Positions 29,197-40,541 of a DNA stretch of 64,000 nt are shown in pieces. Below the pieces are notes generated by a model. That model saw only the letters and a list, made by a program, of their open reading frames with translations. It searched no databases and was not told the DNA's origin. A program made the position numbers and the translations under genes. The stretch is from an uncultured Acidimicrobiia bacterium (lineage in GTDB: Bacteria; Acidobacteriota; Terriglobia; Versatilivoradales; Versatilivoraceae), in assembly GCA_963786955.1 (NCBI GenBank), contig CAWBAT010000006.1, forward strand, positions 288,001 to 352,000, written 5' to 3'. Position 1 is the stretch's first letter; each line of letters opens with the position of its first letter.

Positions 29197-30402
29197 GGGG
29201 CAGGCATTTCTCCGGGGTTGATCACGATGCGGTTGCCTTCTTCCAATCCCTGCAGAATCTCGACTTCCTGCGGAGTGACCATCCCGAGGACGACACGTTT
29301 CAAGACGGTATGGCCCCCAACATCCAGCGACACCGTTGATTGACCCTCGTGGTTAAAGACGGCAGCCCGCGGCACGACAAGCGCACCCGGTTTCCTGCTC
29401 GTCACAATCTGGAGCTTAAGATTGATGTTGGGGATGAGTTCCACCGGGTTGCCTTCCACAGAGCAGAAAACATATCCGACCGATCGATTTCCCAAAGGGA
29501 GCACCTGCTGGGCCGGTTGCTCCACTTTGCCCGGCCAGCGCTTATCGGGCAGGCCGTCCCACTCAATTTCGATCGGCTGCCCCTTCGCTATTCTTCCCAA
29601 GTCTGGCTCGTCAACATAGGCCTTCACGCGAATGTGACCTGGCTCGTAAATCTGAGCTAACAGTTGCCCCTTGCTGACATAGGCCCCCGTGCGGATGTTG
29701 AGACCATAAATCCGCCCGCTCCGGGGGGAAAGAACTGACCCTGACGCCATCTGCATGGTGAGAAGCTCTACTTCTTCACGCAACTCCTTGACTTTGTTTC
29801 CTTCCCATTCCTTTTCCTCGGGAGAGAAGCGGTTTATAAGATGTTGTTTTTTTGCCTGAGAGCCTCAAGGCGAACTTCCAGCAGATTGACCTGGCCGCGA
29901 AGATTCTCGACATCGACACGGGTCGTGGCATCCCGCTTCAGCAGATTTTCTTCCCGCTGAAGATCTTGCCTCTTCTTCCTCAATTCCCACTCCGTCTCTG
30001 AAACAGCCGATTCGATTCCTGCCATTTCATCCTTCGGCGGACCCGCTAAGACGGGCTGAGCCTGGCGTTGCGCCTGCAGCAGAGCGGCCTTTGCGCTGGC
30101 CAGTGACATTGCCAATTGGTCTGATTCCACCTGCAGGAGTCGCTCGCCTTTCACGACAAGATCGCCTTCCTGATGGGACAAAAGCCTGACAATGCCGTCA
30201 AAAGGCGCCAGCACATCGGATCTTTCGATTGGCTCGACTACCCCATTGGTGCTGATGACCGATTTGAGTTCGCGCCGGCTCACGTTGGCTGTCATCAAAT
30301 TCGAGTCGCTCCCATTTCTCCTATAAAAATGAATACCCTCCCCAAAGGGAAAGAAGAATGAGCGCGAGCAAGCCAACGAAGAAGAATTTTCTTACGTGTC
30401 AT
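29193..30402 (-). CDS. Efflux RND/MacA-type periplasmic adaptor subunit (frameshifted)
   Basis: Lipoyl-like halves (APFDGIV..EGDLV; SPRSGRI), coiled coil, ALVVPRAAV, GLEEG. Confidence 0.85.
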
Positions 30403-30600
30403 GAGTTATGAAAAGTCCGAGTCATCCTGCAAGTCAAAGGCGACTGTCTAAAATTCCAACTCGTCATAGGAACGCTCAAGAGATGGTAATTATCCCGACT
30501 CGAGCGCGAGACAATCTCAGGCTGAAGCTTTTTGAGCAATGAATTTCTGCATCCGATTTCATTGGGAAAAGGATGCGGAAGAGAGATCACAGGATCGTTA

Positions 30601-32420
30601 TCACGGGACATTCGTGAAGACAAACTTACCCCCACTGGAAGCGAAAACGGTGAGATTTCCAAGGAACTGCTCCAGCCGGGGGCGCGATGTTGCGGGGGCC
30701 ACGAGATAGAGTCGTTGTGGCCCCTTCCACAATTGAGCCAACTCAGGATCCTCAATAAATACAGGAGGGGCGAGCGGCGCCGCAGATCCATAGACGAGAT
30801 TATCAGCCCTTCCATTGAGAAGCAAGGCTGGAAGACCCGTATAAAAACCTACGGAAGACGCCGGATAATAATGCCCCTCGAGAATCAGCTTCCCTTCCGG
30901 GCCAGAAGTAATGGCTTCCGCCAGCGGGCGCGAAGACAGATAGGGGTCAAATACCGCCATCGCCCATCTGGCTGCATGAAAAAAAAGAATCATCATCGCC
31001 GCCAGGCACAACGGCCCCAACCAATGGCGCCGAGAAAACCAGGCGCCTAGAGTGCCGCCTACGAATGCGAGAGCGGCCAGCAGGAGTGGACCGCGCAGAT
31101 AGGCAAAAGAAGCAATGGTCAAATCGTGCAGATGTCCCATTGACAAAGTGTAAGTTTCGGGATGTTGGGTGAGAGCCGTCGAAATATCGCCTACCACAAC
31201 GACTCCACGGCTCATCGAATAGGAGGATACAGGACACCACTCCGAAAAGGACTCCGACAAAGACCAGTACTCCGTAGCCGATCGGAACCCATCGGTTGGC
31301 TCCGATGGCCAGTGCCGCCCCGACGAGAATGGCAAAGGCCGGATAACAGGGCATGCTGTAATACTCTTGGGTTGTCGAAAAACTCAGAAAGGTGAGCAAA
31401 AACACAATCCAGACGATCACGAGCAGTCGAAGGCTTTTTGTACGGACAGTCCTTTCATCTCGGGAAGAAAATAAGGCCGCTGGCAGAAATACACTCCATG
31501 GAAAGATCCACACCAAGTGCAAGAGCAGGAAAGCAAGCCGCGGAACGGTATTGTAGTCTCGCGGATAGCGCAAATTCAGGAATCGTAAGATATGTTCGTT
31601 GATGAAATAAAACCATAGGAACCCGTGGTACACACCCGGTTCGCTCCGGAATGTGAAATCAAAAATCGGAGGGTTTCGCCAGGCCGCCAGGATCACCCAT
31701 GGCAAGTAGATCGCCAGCATGAGTCCGATTCCCGATACTGGACGGAGCAGAGCCCAAGTCCGGCGAATGAAGAATCTTCTCTGGATGAGAAGAAATACCG
31801 TTGCGGTGGCCACCGGGACGAGCACCGCCAGCAATCCCTTGAGCAACAAACCCGCCCCCAGGGATACCCAGAATCCATAGGCCCAAGCTTTCTTTTCATC
31901 GATGACGGTTCGAAGGAAACAATACAACGCAACGGTGATCGCCAGGGTGAGCAGTACGTCCGGGATCATGAATCGCGTGAACAGAGAATAATCCCACACT
32001 GGTTCCCATCACTAAGCCTGAATAGAATCCTGCCCGAGGCCCGTAGGCCCAAGCTCCCATGATCGCGGTAACCCACATCAAGGCAGTCGCACCGAGCGCG
32101 ATCGGTAATCGCGCCGCCCAGTCATGCACGCCGAAAACGGCGTAACAGACTGCCGTTAACCAGTAGCCCAACGGAGATTTTTCAAGGTAGAGAACGCCAT
32201 TGATTCGGGCCGTCACCCAATCGCCGGATTCCAGCATCGTTCGGGCAATCTGCGCATTGACGGCATCTACATCGTCCATCAGCGAAGGAGGGGAAAGAAT
32301 CGTCCCGACATAAATCGCTATCCCGACGACGAGAAGGATTAAAGTGTGGGTGAGGTTTCTTGAACGGCCATGGAACGAGCTAGCGGTTCCATTTGTTGGA
32401 AGGGGGATTGAATTTGCCAT
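30601..32420 (-). CDS. ArnT/GT83-like lipid-carrier glycosyltransferase (2 frameshifts)
   Basis: DDVDA...MLESGDWVT.RINGV.YLEKSPL.YW, WAARLP, LKGL, YYSMP. Confidence 0.88.
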
Positions 32421-34270
32421 TTTTCCATCCACAACAGAAGGATCAGTATCCCCCAGAGGTGAAAGCCCATGTTCACCCGCCCCTCCGAATGCGCCTGCAA
32501 CCAATCGTCCAATACCTCAGACCGAAAAATCCCGGTCTTTGAAAGCGCTGAAGGGCGGGTGACCTCGAGGAGAAGAGGTTTCAGTTCACGGCGCAACCAA
32601 TCGTGAGCCGGAATATCAAACCCCATTTTTGCGCGTGTCAAAACCTGCTTGGGGAGTTTATCGCGCATTAACCGTTTCAATAGATATTTTTGGCGTGTCC
32701 CACGAATCTTGAATTTTTGGGGGAGCCGGGCTGCAAACTCAACGATTTCGTGATCCAGAAAGGGAGGCCGAACCTCCAGAGAATGGGCCATGCTCATACG
32801 ATCCACTTTCGCCAAGATATCGTCGGGCAAATAGTATTTCTGATCAAACTGGAGAAGCTGATTCAGCTTGTCTGGGGAATTCATTCCATTCATTAAATTC
32901 TCGGCCGTCCAAGGGCTCTTTCGTTCGTAGGCGCAGAGCCGATTCTTTTGTTCCTCAGAAAATGTGCCATTCCAATAACAGTGAGCGTCGGAAGCAGGAA
33001 GAAAGGAGCCTTCCAGAAACCGTTTTGCCATGTATTCAAGACCAATTTTTTCATCCGAAACTGGCCAATACCGTTTCATTAAATCTAACGCCGAACGCCT
33101 TAGAAATTGTGGGGTCACACGCATGAGGCTGGCGAGCCGATCTGCCTGATAGGTGAGATAGCCTCCAAATAATTCATCCGCACCTTCTCCAGAAAGAGCC
33201 ACGGTGACGTGCTGGCGGCTCAGTTGTGAAACATACCAGACGGGCAGCGAAGACGAATCGCCACAAGGTTCGTCGGCGTATTCAGCAAACTGACGGATGG
33301 TACTCTCAAGGTCCAGGTCACGCGAAAGATTAAATTCGTGATGTTCGGTATCGTACTGTTCCGCTACCGTGCGTGCATAATGACTCTCATCAAAGCGACG
33401 CCCCTCGAAAGAGATCGAGAAGGTCTTTAATTGTCTGCCAGATTCTGTAGCGGCGTAATGAACAATCGTGCTCGAGTCTACCCCTCCGCTGAGCAAGATT
33501 CCCAGGGGCACATCCGAAATCAAATGTTCCCGGATCGAACGCCGCATGAGTTCGTCCAGTTCCTCAAGTGCGTCGGCTTCTTTTAGATCCATCACGGGCT
33601 GAAACTCTAGACCCCAATAAGGCAGGATTCCGAATTCCCCTCCAGTCCATTCCAAGTAATGGCCGGGCGGGAGTTTCTCGATGCCTTCGACCAAGGTCCG
33701 AGGGCCAGGAACGTAGTTCAGGGATAGGTATTGGTCGAGCGCAATTAAATCGATCGTTCGGGGTATCTGAGGATGGGCAAACAGGACCTTCATTTCCGAT
33801 CCAAAATAAATCTCTCCTCGTCGGTTCGTAAAATAGAGGGGCTTAATCCCCATTCGGTCTCGCGCCAGAATCAGGCGGCCTTCGGGCACCTGCCACAGGG
33901 CAATGGCAAACATTCCTTTAAGCTTCTCGAAGCAACCGGTATCCCATTCGAGGAACGCATGCAAAACCACTTCGGTATCCGAGTTGGAACTGAAGCGGTG
34001 TCCACGCCCAATCAAAATCTGACGAATTTCCTTGTAGTTGTAAATCTCACCGTTGTAAACCAGTATTGTCTGCCCGTCCTCGCTCTGCATGGGTTGCTGT
34101 CCACCCTCCAGATCGATGATCTTCAGGCGAACGGCTCCCATGGAAACTTGATCCGACAGATACGTCCCATCCTGATCCGGCCCACGGTGGCGGATCATCC
34201 GGATAATTCGACGTATCAGTGTCTGATCAAGCGGCCGAGTTGAGTGAGTGTAACCGGCTATTCCACACAC
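32339..34270 (-). CDS. asnB: Asparagine synthase-like glutamine amidotransferase
   Basis: GTG-CGIAG N-terminus, HRGPD, NGEIYN, LSGGVDSS, SGEGADELFGGY, DRMSMAHSLEVR. Confidence 0.93.
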   Translation of the reverse strand: MCGIAGYTHSTRPLDQTLIRRIIRMIRHRGPDQDGTYLSDQVSMGAVRLKIIDLEGGQQPMQSEDGQTILVYNGEIYNYKEIRQILIGRGHRFSSNSDTEVVLHAFLEWDTGCFEKLKGMFAIALWQVPEGRLILARDRMGIKPLYFTNRRGEIYFGSEMKVLFAHPQIPRTIDLIALDQYLSLNYVPGPRTLVEGIEKLPPGHYLEWTGGEFGILPYWGLEFQPVMDLKEADALEELDELMRRSIREHLISDVPLGILLSGGVDSSTIVHYAATESGRQLKTFSISFEGRRFDESHYARTVAEQYDTEHHEFNLSRDLDLESTIRQFAEYADEPCGDSSSLPVWYVSQLSRQHVTVALSGEGADELFGGYLTYQADRLASLMRVTPQFLRRSALDLMKRYWPVSDEKIGLEYMAKRFLEGSFLPASDAHCYWNGTFSEEQKNRLCAYERKSPWTAENLMNGMNSPDKLNQLLQFDQKYYLPDDILAKVDRMSMAHSLEVRPPFLDHEIVEFAARLPQKFKIRGTRQKYLLKRLMRDKLPKQVLTRAKMGFDIPAHDWLRRELKPLLLEVTRPSALSKTGIFRSEVLDDWLQAHSEGRVNMGFHLWGILILLLWMEKWQIQSPFQQMEPLARSMAVQETSPTL

Positions 34271-34363
34271 GGTGTTCGAGAGTCCATGGAAAGAGGGATG
34301 CAAAAGACAGACATGAAAGGAGACCTTCTTGGGTCAGTTGGAGATCGACAACGCCCGCAACGA

Positions 34364-35798
34364 TCAGGGCGCAGCCTGAGCGCGGACGAATCGTTTTCTC
34401 CGAGCACGCAGTTGCAGGTATTCTTTGGCTTCTTTATATAATCGGCGCCGGTCATTGTTATTAAACATGGCACGCCGGAGGATTCGATAAACGATTCGGG
34501 GACGAAAATAGTACCGGTCATAGAAGTACTCAACCGCTTCGACAATCTCTTTGCGACTCAGCCCCGGGTACTCGATATTTGGCAATTGATGGCCCAGCTC
34601 GTCGGTCATCGCGTCGTCGGTGTAGTAGTTGTTCTTCTTGAGATAGGAATCGAATTCAGTACCGGGATAAGCATGGGCAATCGAAACTTGAATGGTTTCA
34701 CAATCCAGCTGTTCCGCATAGCGGATCGACCGCTGGATGGACTCCTTGGTTTCTCCCGGCAAGTCCCACAATGAAATCTCCATGAACCGCTAGCCCCAAG
34801 CGTTTGCAATTCTTCATGAATTCCACTCCCTGCTCAGCAGTGGCGCCTTTCTTGATATTATCCAAGACCATCTGATCTCCCGATTCGAAGCCGACAATCA
34901 TCAATCGGCAACCCGCCTCCTTCATGGCTTTCAGAGTCTCGTAATCGGTATGCACTCGGGAAGTACAGGACCAGGTGAATTTCAGTGGTTTCAGTTTCTG
35001 ACAAATATCCAGCACCCGGTTCTTCCCCCAGGCAAAGGTGTCATCATCAAAGAAGATTTCCTTGATGTTGGGAAATAATTCGAGTGCCCGCTTCACTTCT
35101 GCCGCCACGTTTTCGCTGCTCCGAATCCTCCAGGCATGCCCGCTGATCGTTTGCGGCCATAAACAAAACGTGCACAGGGCCGGGCAACCCCGAGAGGTGT
35201 AGAAAGCAACATAGGGGTTCAGCAGAAACGGCACATTATAGCGGGTAATGTCCAAATCTCTTTTGTATACATCAACAGCAAAGGGGAGACTATCTAGATC
35301 TTCAATCCGCGGACGGTCAGGATTGTGTACAATGCCTCCATTCTGTCTGAAACTAATCCCCTGGATATCCTCCAACTTCTTCCCCGAGGCAAATTCTGCG
35401 ACCGAGTAGTCAAATTCTTTCCGAGCAACAAAATCAATTACCGAGGAGACCTGCAGACTCTTCTCCGGTTCCACCGTAACCGGAGGTCCTACCAAGGCAA
35501 TTTTGAGAGTCGGGTTGACCTCTTTCATCATTTCCGCCAGCCGGATTTCATTCTTGAACCCAGGAGTGCTCGTGAAAATGACGAGTAAATTCATAATCCT
35601 TGGCAATCTCAACCGTCTCCTCAGGAGTGACACCGTGAGAAGGCGCATCCAGCAACCGGCTGTTTGGATCAAGCCTGCCGGGTAAGCCAGCCACACGGGG
35701 TACCAAAAGGAGGCAATTTCCCGAGTCGCAGGCCAGCGGGAGCTGGCGCCGCCATCAAAGTTGGGGAAGGAAGGGGGGTTCAGCAAAAGAGTTTTCAT
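34364..35798 (-). CDS. hpnJ: Hopanoid-associated radical SAM protein HpnJ (frameshifted)
   Basis: FDGGASSRWPATREI.SFWYPVWLAYP, RGCPALCTFCLWPQT, TIQVSIAHAYPGTE. Confidence 0.92.
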
Positions 35799-36012
35799 CA
35801 AGCCTCCGGTTGTGTTATTGATTGGCCGGCCACGAATGCGACTCAAGGGCCGACTTTGCTGGAATCCATTTAAGACACAGACAATGCCATTGGGCCAAAT
35901 GGCAACAAACTCAGGTGTTTACAATAGGGCGTGCGGGCAGAACTGTCAAGTCTCATGAAGGATATTCGACCACGCCGAATGTTGAAATAAGCAGAGCTGC
36001 TCTCTTCGCTTT

Positions 36013-37202
36013 ATGCACAACCTCATCCTTGTCGTTCTGAAGTTTTGCTTTGGGCACCTGCGATCGGAGGAATCGCCTATTTCCTGCTGGCCATTTTGGC
36101 AGTCCAAAGACTCAGAGCGAAAGCATGCCATAGCGAATGTGAGCCAGGACTACTTCCCGCCAGTCAGCCTACTCAAGCCGCTTTGCGGTATAGACCCGGA
36201 ATTGGGGAAAAACCTCGAAACTTTCTTCCGGCAGGATTACCGTTATTTTGAAATTCTATTTGCCGTCCGGGACGAGTCGGATCCTTCAGTGGCTCTGGTT
36301 CAGAACTCATGAAGCGCTTCGCGAATATCCCTTGCACACTCATTGTGACCGGGGAACTCTCCTTACCCCAATGCCAAAGTATTTAGTCTCGAAAAGATGG
36401 CCATAGGTTGCCAGCCATGGTCTCTTGGTCATAACTGATAGCGATGTCTCTGTCGCTCCCAATTATCTCAAAACGATTGCCCGCTCATTCGAGGCAAAAG
36501 AAGTGGGACTCGTCACCAATCTTTATCGGGGCGTCGGAGGACAAGATCTTTGGTCAAAGCTCGAGGCTCTCGGGATGAGCACAGAATTTATGGCAGGAGT
36601 TATCGTTGCCGAATTTCTCGAAGGGATGAAGTTCAGTTTGGGTCCTTCGATGGCCATCAGCACAACTTGTCTTCGGGCAATTGGGGGGTTCGGTTCTTTG
36701 GCTGATTACCTGGCTGACGATTTCATCTTGGGCGAAAAAGTCTTTCTCCAGGGATTTAGAGTCGTTCTGTCAGCCGATGTGATCAATCATCATGCTTATT
36801 CTACAGGGTTCCAAAACAGCTTCAAACATCGTCTCCGTTGGAATCGCAGTAGTCGTTTTTCTCGCCCTGCCGGATATTTCGGCCAGGGGTTCACATACGG
36901 CCTTCCGTGGGCCACTCATCCTCTTCCTCTTCACCCCGACGGGGTGGAGTGCCACTTTGCTTCTCGGTTCAGCCATACTGCGAGGATGGTTGGCCTATGC
37001 CATGGGGAAACAGCTTCTCGGAGATTCGTCCGTAATACGTCGCCTCTGGCTTGTGCCATTACAGGACGTTTTGAGCTTCGCGACCTGGGTGGGAGGATTT
37101 TTCGGTACGGAAGTGGTTTGGCGAGGAGAGCGCTACCGAATCCAGAGGGGTGGCCGTTTTACTAGGATCCCAGATCCCCTCGCTCCGCCCGAGAAAATGT
37201 AG
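36013..37202 (+). CDS. hpnI: HpnI-type (ceramide glucosyltransferase family) glycosyltransferase, frameshifted
   Basis: [37 protein letters not shown]. Confidence 0.85.
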
Positions 37203-37242
37203 AGATCTTTCACCGGGACCCGAAAGCCGGGGAAAAGCGACA

Positions 37243-38823
37243 TTACAGTTCACCCGGTCTCAGGACCAATCCCGTGGTGAATCGTATTCCCCCGGAGTAA
37301 TTGCCCTGCATGAATTCGCGCAGGTTTGTCCTGACGTACTGGACGTTACCAAGCCGAATCGCAAGTCCACGCTTAATTTTCAAATCGACACCCCCGCCGA
37401 TAGCACTCGCAAAAACATTCGCTTCAGCCGCTCTTGCGATCTCTTTGTAGTGGTGATAAAGGGGAAGGTTCAACCATTCGTCCGGGGTATCCAGGAAATG
37501 ACTGAGTGGATAAATCCTATCCAGATTTATAGCGTTTCCTCCCACAAGCAAGTCAAGGTAAATGTTCCATCGGTCTGTGGGATGGTATGAAAAGCGAGGT
37601 CCGAAGAGGTAGGTCAAAGAATCGCCACTGATGTTGGGTGTATCGATTGCGATCTTGCAACCACTCACGTCAGCAACAGCCCCCAGCCAACGATTTATTG
37701 GAATCACACCGGTAGCGCCACCGCCACTGCAACCTCCTGAATTGATTCCTCTGTGAGAGTACTGGGAATAAGCATAATAGGCAGAAAATTCAAATGCGCG
37801 AAATCCGGTGGAGTTCCCCTCGCTCCCTTGTTTGCCAGAGTGAGAGCTGGGAAGAAACGATTTGCTGCCCGAAACATCCGATCCTGATGGGGACTTTCTT
37901 GTGGAAGCTATTGACCAAAGATTCGGATCGTATTCATTGACGCCTGGCCTGGTATAGCGCTCCCAAGGGCGTTTGAACGCTACCACATTGGCGTAACTGC
38001 GGGCTGGATTGAGCAGCGATCTTGCCATGGCTCTCGCAAATCGATTTCGGGTATGCCCTTCAATGCGTTTGACTATATATTTGTCGATCGAGTCTTCCGC
38101 CATCATCCACCCCAACCCTAATACTGGGGTCCACACATGGTCCACAAACCCGACTTCTGGATACTCCTGCTGCACGTTTCCAAGAGAAGCTTCGCTAATC
38201 GGCCCAATCTCAAATAAGGTGCTGTAGACCCATGAGAAAGCGGTTGCCCGTAGCCGACTTTTCCAGTACATGGAATTCATTCCAAACTCGGTGCGGCGAT
38301 ATTTCGGGTCATTCTGCACCCAAATGAAGCCCGTAACAGCCCCTTGAAAAGGGTGCGCTATGAAGTTGGCTTTAACCCCACCTCCGTCGGACCACCCATG
38401 GAGATTCCCAGCACTTGCAAAGTAATCACGCAAAAAGGGCCCCTTTAGTTCGGCTCTGGTTTTTTCCTCAGTCGCCAGACGGAACCCATTTTGGAGCACC
38501 AGGGTAAACAAGGACTCCCCAATCAAGGACTTCCATTGAACCGAGGGCTCTTTCTTCGATTCGTCAACTTCTTCCGCTTCCCCCAAAACAGGCCTGACTG
38601 CGAATCCAAGTGAAAATATCAGGACAAAGAAACAGAGGAGAAAAGCTTTGGCTACTTTCCTCAAGGGCAAGCCAACTAGACAAGCCCACGAGAAGGAAGC
38701 CGGAACGCATATGGCAGGATTGGGACACTCCATCGCGCGGAATATATCGTCAACTCGAACCATTTTATCTATTTTTGCTTTCACCGGCATAAACTGAAGT
38801 CGAATTAAATTGAATCCAAACAT
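37243..38823 (-). CDS. Hypothetical envelope protein: helical N-domain plus C-terminal OMP beta-barrel
   Basis: NFIAHPFQGA/FEIGPISEAS domain followed by amphipathic strands (TYLFGPRFSY, GGGVDLKI). Confidence 0.6.
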   Translation of the reverse strand: MFGFNLIRLQFMPVKAKIDKMVRVDDIFRAMECPNPAICVPASFSWACLVGLPLRKVAKAFLLCFFVLIFSLGFAVRPVLGEAEEVDESKKEPSVQWKSLIGESLFTLVLQNGFRLATEEKTRAELKGPFLRDYFASAGNLHGWSDGGGVKANFIAHPFQGAVTGFIWVQNDPKYRRTEFGMNSMYWKSRLRATAFSWVYSTLFEIGPISEASLGNVQQEYPEVGFVDHVWTPVLGLGWMMAEDSIDKYIVKRIEGHTRNRFARAMARSLLNPARSYANVVAFKRPWERYTRPGVNEYDPNLWSIASTRKSPSGSDVSGSKSFLPSSHSGKQGSEGNSTGFRAFEFSAYYAYSQYSHRGINSGGCSGGGATGVIPINRWLGAVADVSGCKIAIDTPNISGDSLTYLFGPRFSYHPTDRWNIYLDLLVGGNAINLDRIYPLSHFLDTPDEWLNLPLYHHYKEIARAAEANVFASAIGGGVDLKIKRGLAIRLGNVQYVRTNLREFMQGNYSGGIRFTTGLVLRPGEL

Positions 38824-38914
38824 TTCACAAAAATTCGGCCAGCCACCCTACTGGAGCCGCATAGTATAGCATCACTTATCCTGAATTCCGAAATTAGGGT
38901 TAATTGGGAACTGG

Positions 38915-39043
38915 GTAGGGAACGGACGCTGTTCCGTTCCTGGTTGAATAGCTAAGGGATTTAGATTCAACGCTTCGTAGGATACGGGAACGCTACGGCG
39001 AGCGTTCCCTACAAGAAATGCGGAATTTTTTTACACCTTCCCT
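38915..39043. repeat. GTAG REP doublet with one AGGGAAGGTGTAAA-type end
   Basis: GTAGGGAACGG..CCGTTCC and GGAACGCT..AGCGTTCCCTAC. Confidence 0.55.
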
Positions 39044-39117
39044 TCACAGGTAGGAATGGCAGAGCTGGGGGATCGCTGCCCCTCAAAATCGACATATTGT
39101 CACATTGCCTCTTCTGC

Positions 39118-39181
39118 TCAACTCTCCCGATACAGCATCAGGATGACGCCGACCAAGACAAGGCAGACCGGCCAGATCTTA
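39118..39181 (-). repeat. Exact 64-bp copy of the copD 3' end
   Basis: Identical to 44630-44693. Confidence 0.95.
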
Positions 39182-39249
39182 AGCTGATTCCGACGCTGCT
39201 TGCTGCGGGTCTTTTCAACACTTCACAGGCCCAACGCTCTCCATTTGAA

Positions 39250-40485
39250 TTACGGAAGAAGAGAACCCACGCACGGACAGGAAATCAGATCTTTCGATGG
39301 GAACCTGCTCAACATCCTGACGCCATCTTTCGTTACGACAAACTGTTCCTCGATTCGCGCCCCTTCGTTTCCTTCGCCGCAGTAAGTCTCGAATGCCATG
39401 ACCATACCTTCTTCGTAGGTCTCGGGATGGTCGAACGAAAAGAATCGACTGGTGACCGGTTTTCCCCAGTGAGTGATGCCGATGCCGTGCCCGACTTGCA
39501 GCGCGAAGGCTTCGGCCTCGTTTGAAAGGCCCAAATCCTTCGCCCCCGGCCAAACCCCCGCCACATCAGCGGTGCTGACGCCAGGCTTTACCATATTGAT
39601 GGCATCAAACAGCCAGTCATAGCACCGCTTGTACACATCCAATTGTTTTTGCGAGGGCTTGCCGATGCAAAAGGTTTGATAATAGCAGGTTTTGTACCCG
39701 TTGAAGACGCTCACCACATCGATAAAGAGCATGTCTCCCATGCGGAGCATCCGATCGGAGAAATCGTGAGGATGAGGGTGAGATCGGTTCCCGGAAATCA
39801 CATTGATGTTTTGCATTTCCTCGGCGCCATAACGATACATGACTTCGCGCATCATGCCGGCGATATCGAGTTCGCGAACACCTGGTTTGGACGTGTTCAC
39901 GACTTCCCAAAATGCGGCTTCCACGATGGCTATGGACGTCTCGATCAGCTCTACCTCTTCCGCGGTTTTGATCTTGGAAGCATTCAAGAGGGTCTGTTGA
40001 CCGTCGACCACGGTGATGCCCTCGGATTCGAGCGCTCTGAGAATCGGAATTTCAGCGATATCCAGACCGATTGGCTCGTTTGCCACGCCCAATTCCCGCA
40101 GATGGCTCTTGATCATGACGGCGAATTTCTTCGCATTCTCCATCACGACATTCGTCGGGAATGCGCCGCGCCACGTCCCTATCGAGGGATACATTCGCTC
40201 CGCAATCCAGGGGCAAAGCACCTTCTTGGCCGCTATGGCGCTCCCCAGTTCGTAGAGAATCGGTTCCTTGTCCACGGTGACTAGGGCGCTGCGAAGCAGC
40301 TTATTATTCGCCCAATCGTTGACTTTGGTGCTTGTGATATACCGTATCCAGTCCTGGTCGAAGCAGAGCAGCGTCGCGATCCCGTCTTTCTTCATCTGCT
40401 CTTTCGTTTTTCGCAGCCGGTCCTTTCGCAACTTGTCGTAGTCAATGCGAATCTCACAGTCCTTCGCCATTAAGCCTAGTGTCAT
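39250..40485 (-). CDS. M24 family (Xaa-Pro peptidase-like) protein
   Basis: IKTAEE, GHGIG, FETY, ARIEE. Confidence 0.88.
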   Translation of the reverse strand: MTLGLMAKDCEIRIDYDKLRKDRLRKTKEQMKKDGIATLLCFDQDWIRYITSTKVNDWANNKLLRSALVTVDKEPILYELGSAIAAKKVLCPWIAERMYPSIGTWRGAFPTNVVMENAKKFAVMIKSHLRELGVANEPIGLDIAEIPILRALESEGITVVDGQQTLLNASKIKTAEEVELIETSIAIVEAAFWEVVNTSKPGVRELDIAGMMREVMYRYGAEEMQNINVISGNRSHPHPHDFSDRMLRMGDMLFIDVVSVFNGYKTCYYQTFCIGKPSQKQLDVYKRCYDWLFDAINMVKPGVSTADVAGVWPGAKDLGLSNEAEAFALQVGHGIGITHWGKPVTSRFFSFDHPETYEEGMVMAFETYCGEGNEGARIEEQFVVTKDGVRMLSRFPSKDLISCPCVGSLLP

Positions 40486-40541
40486 TCATCACCTCCATCG
40501 GAGTATCTTTCGCATAGAAGAACTTAGGGTCTCAACGTATT

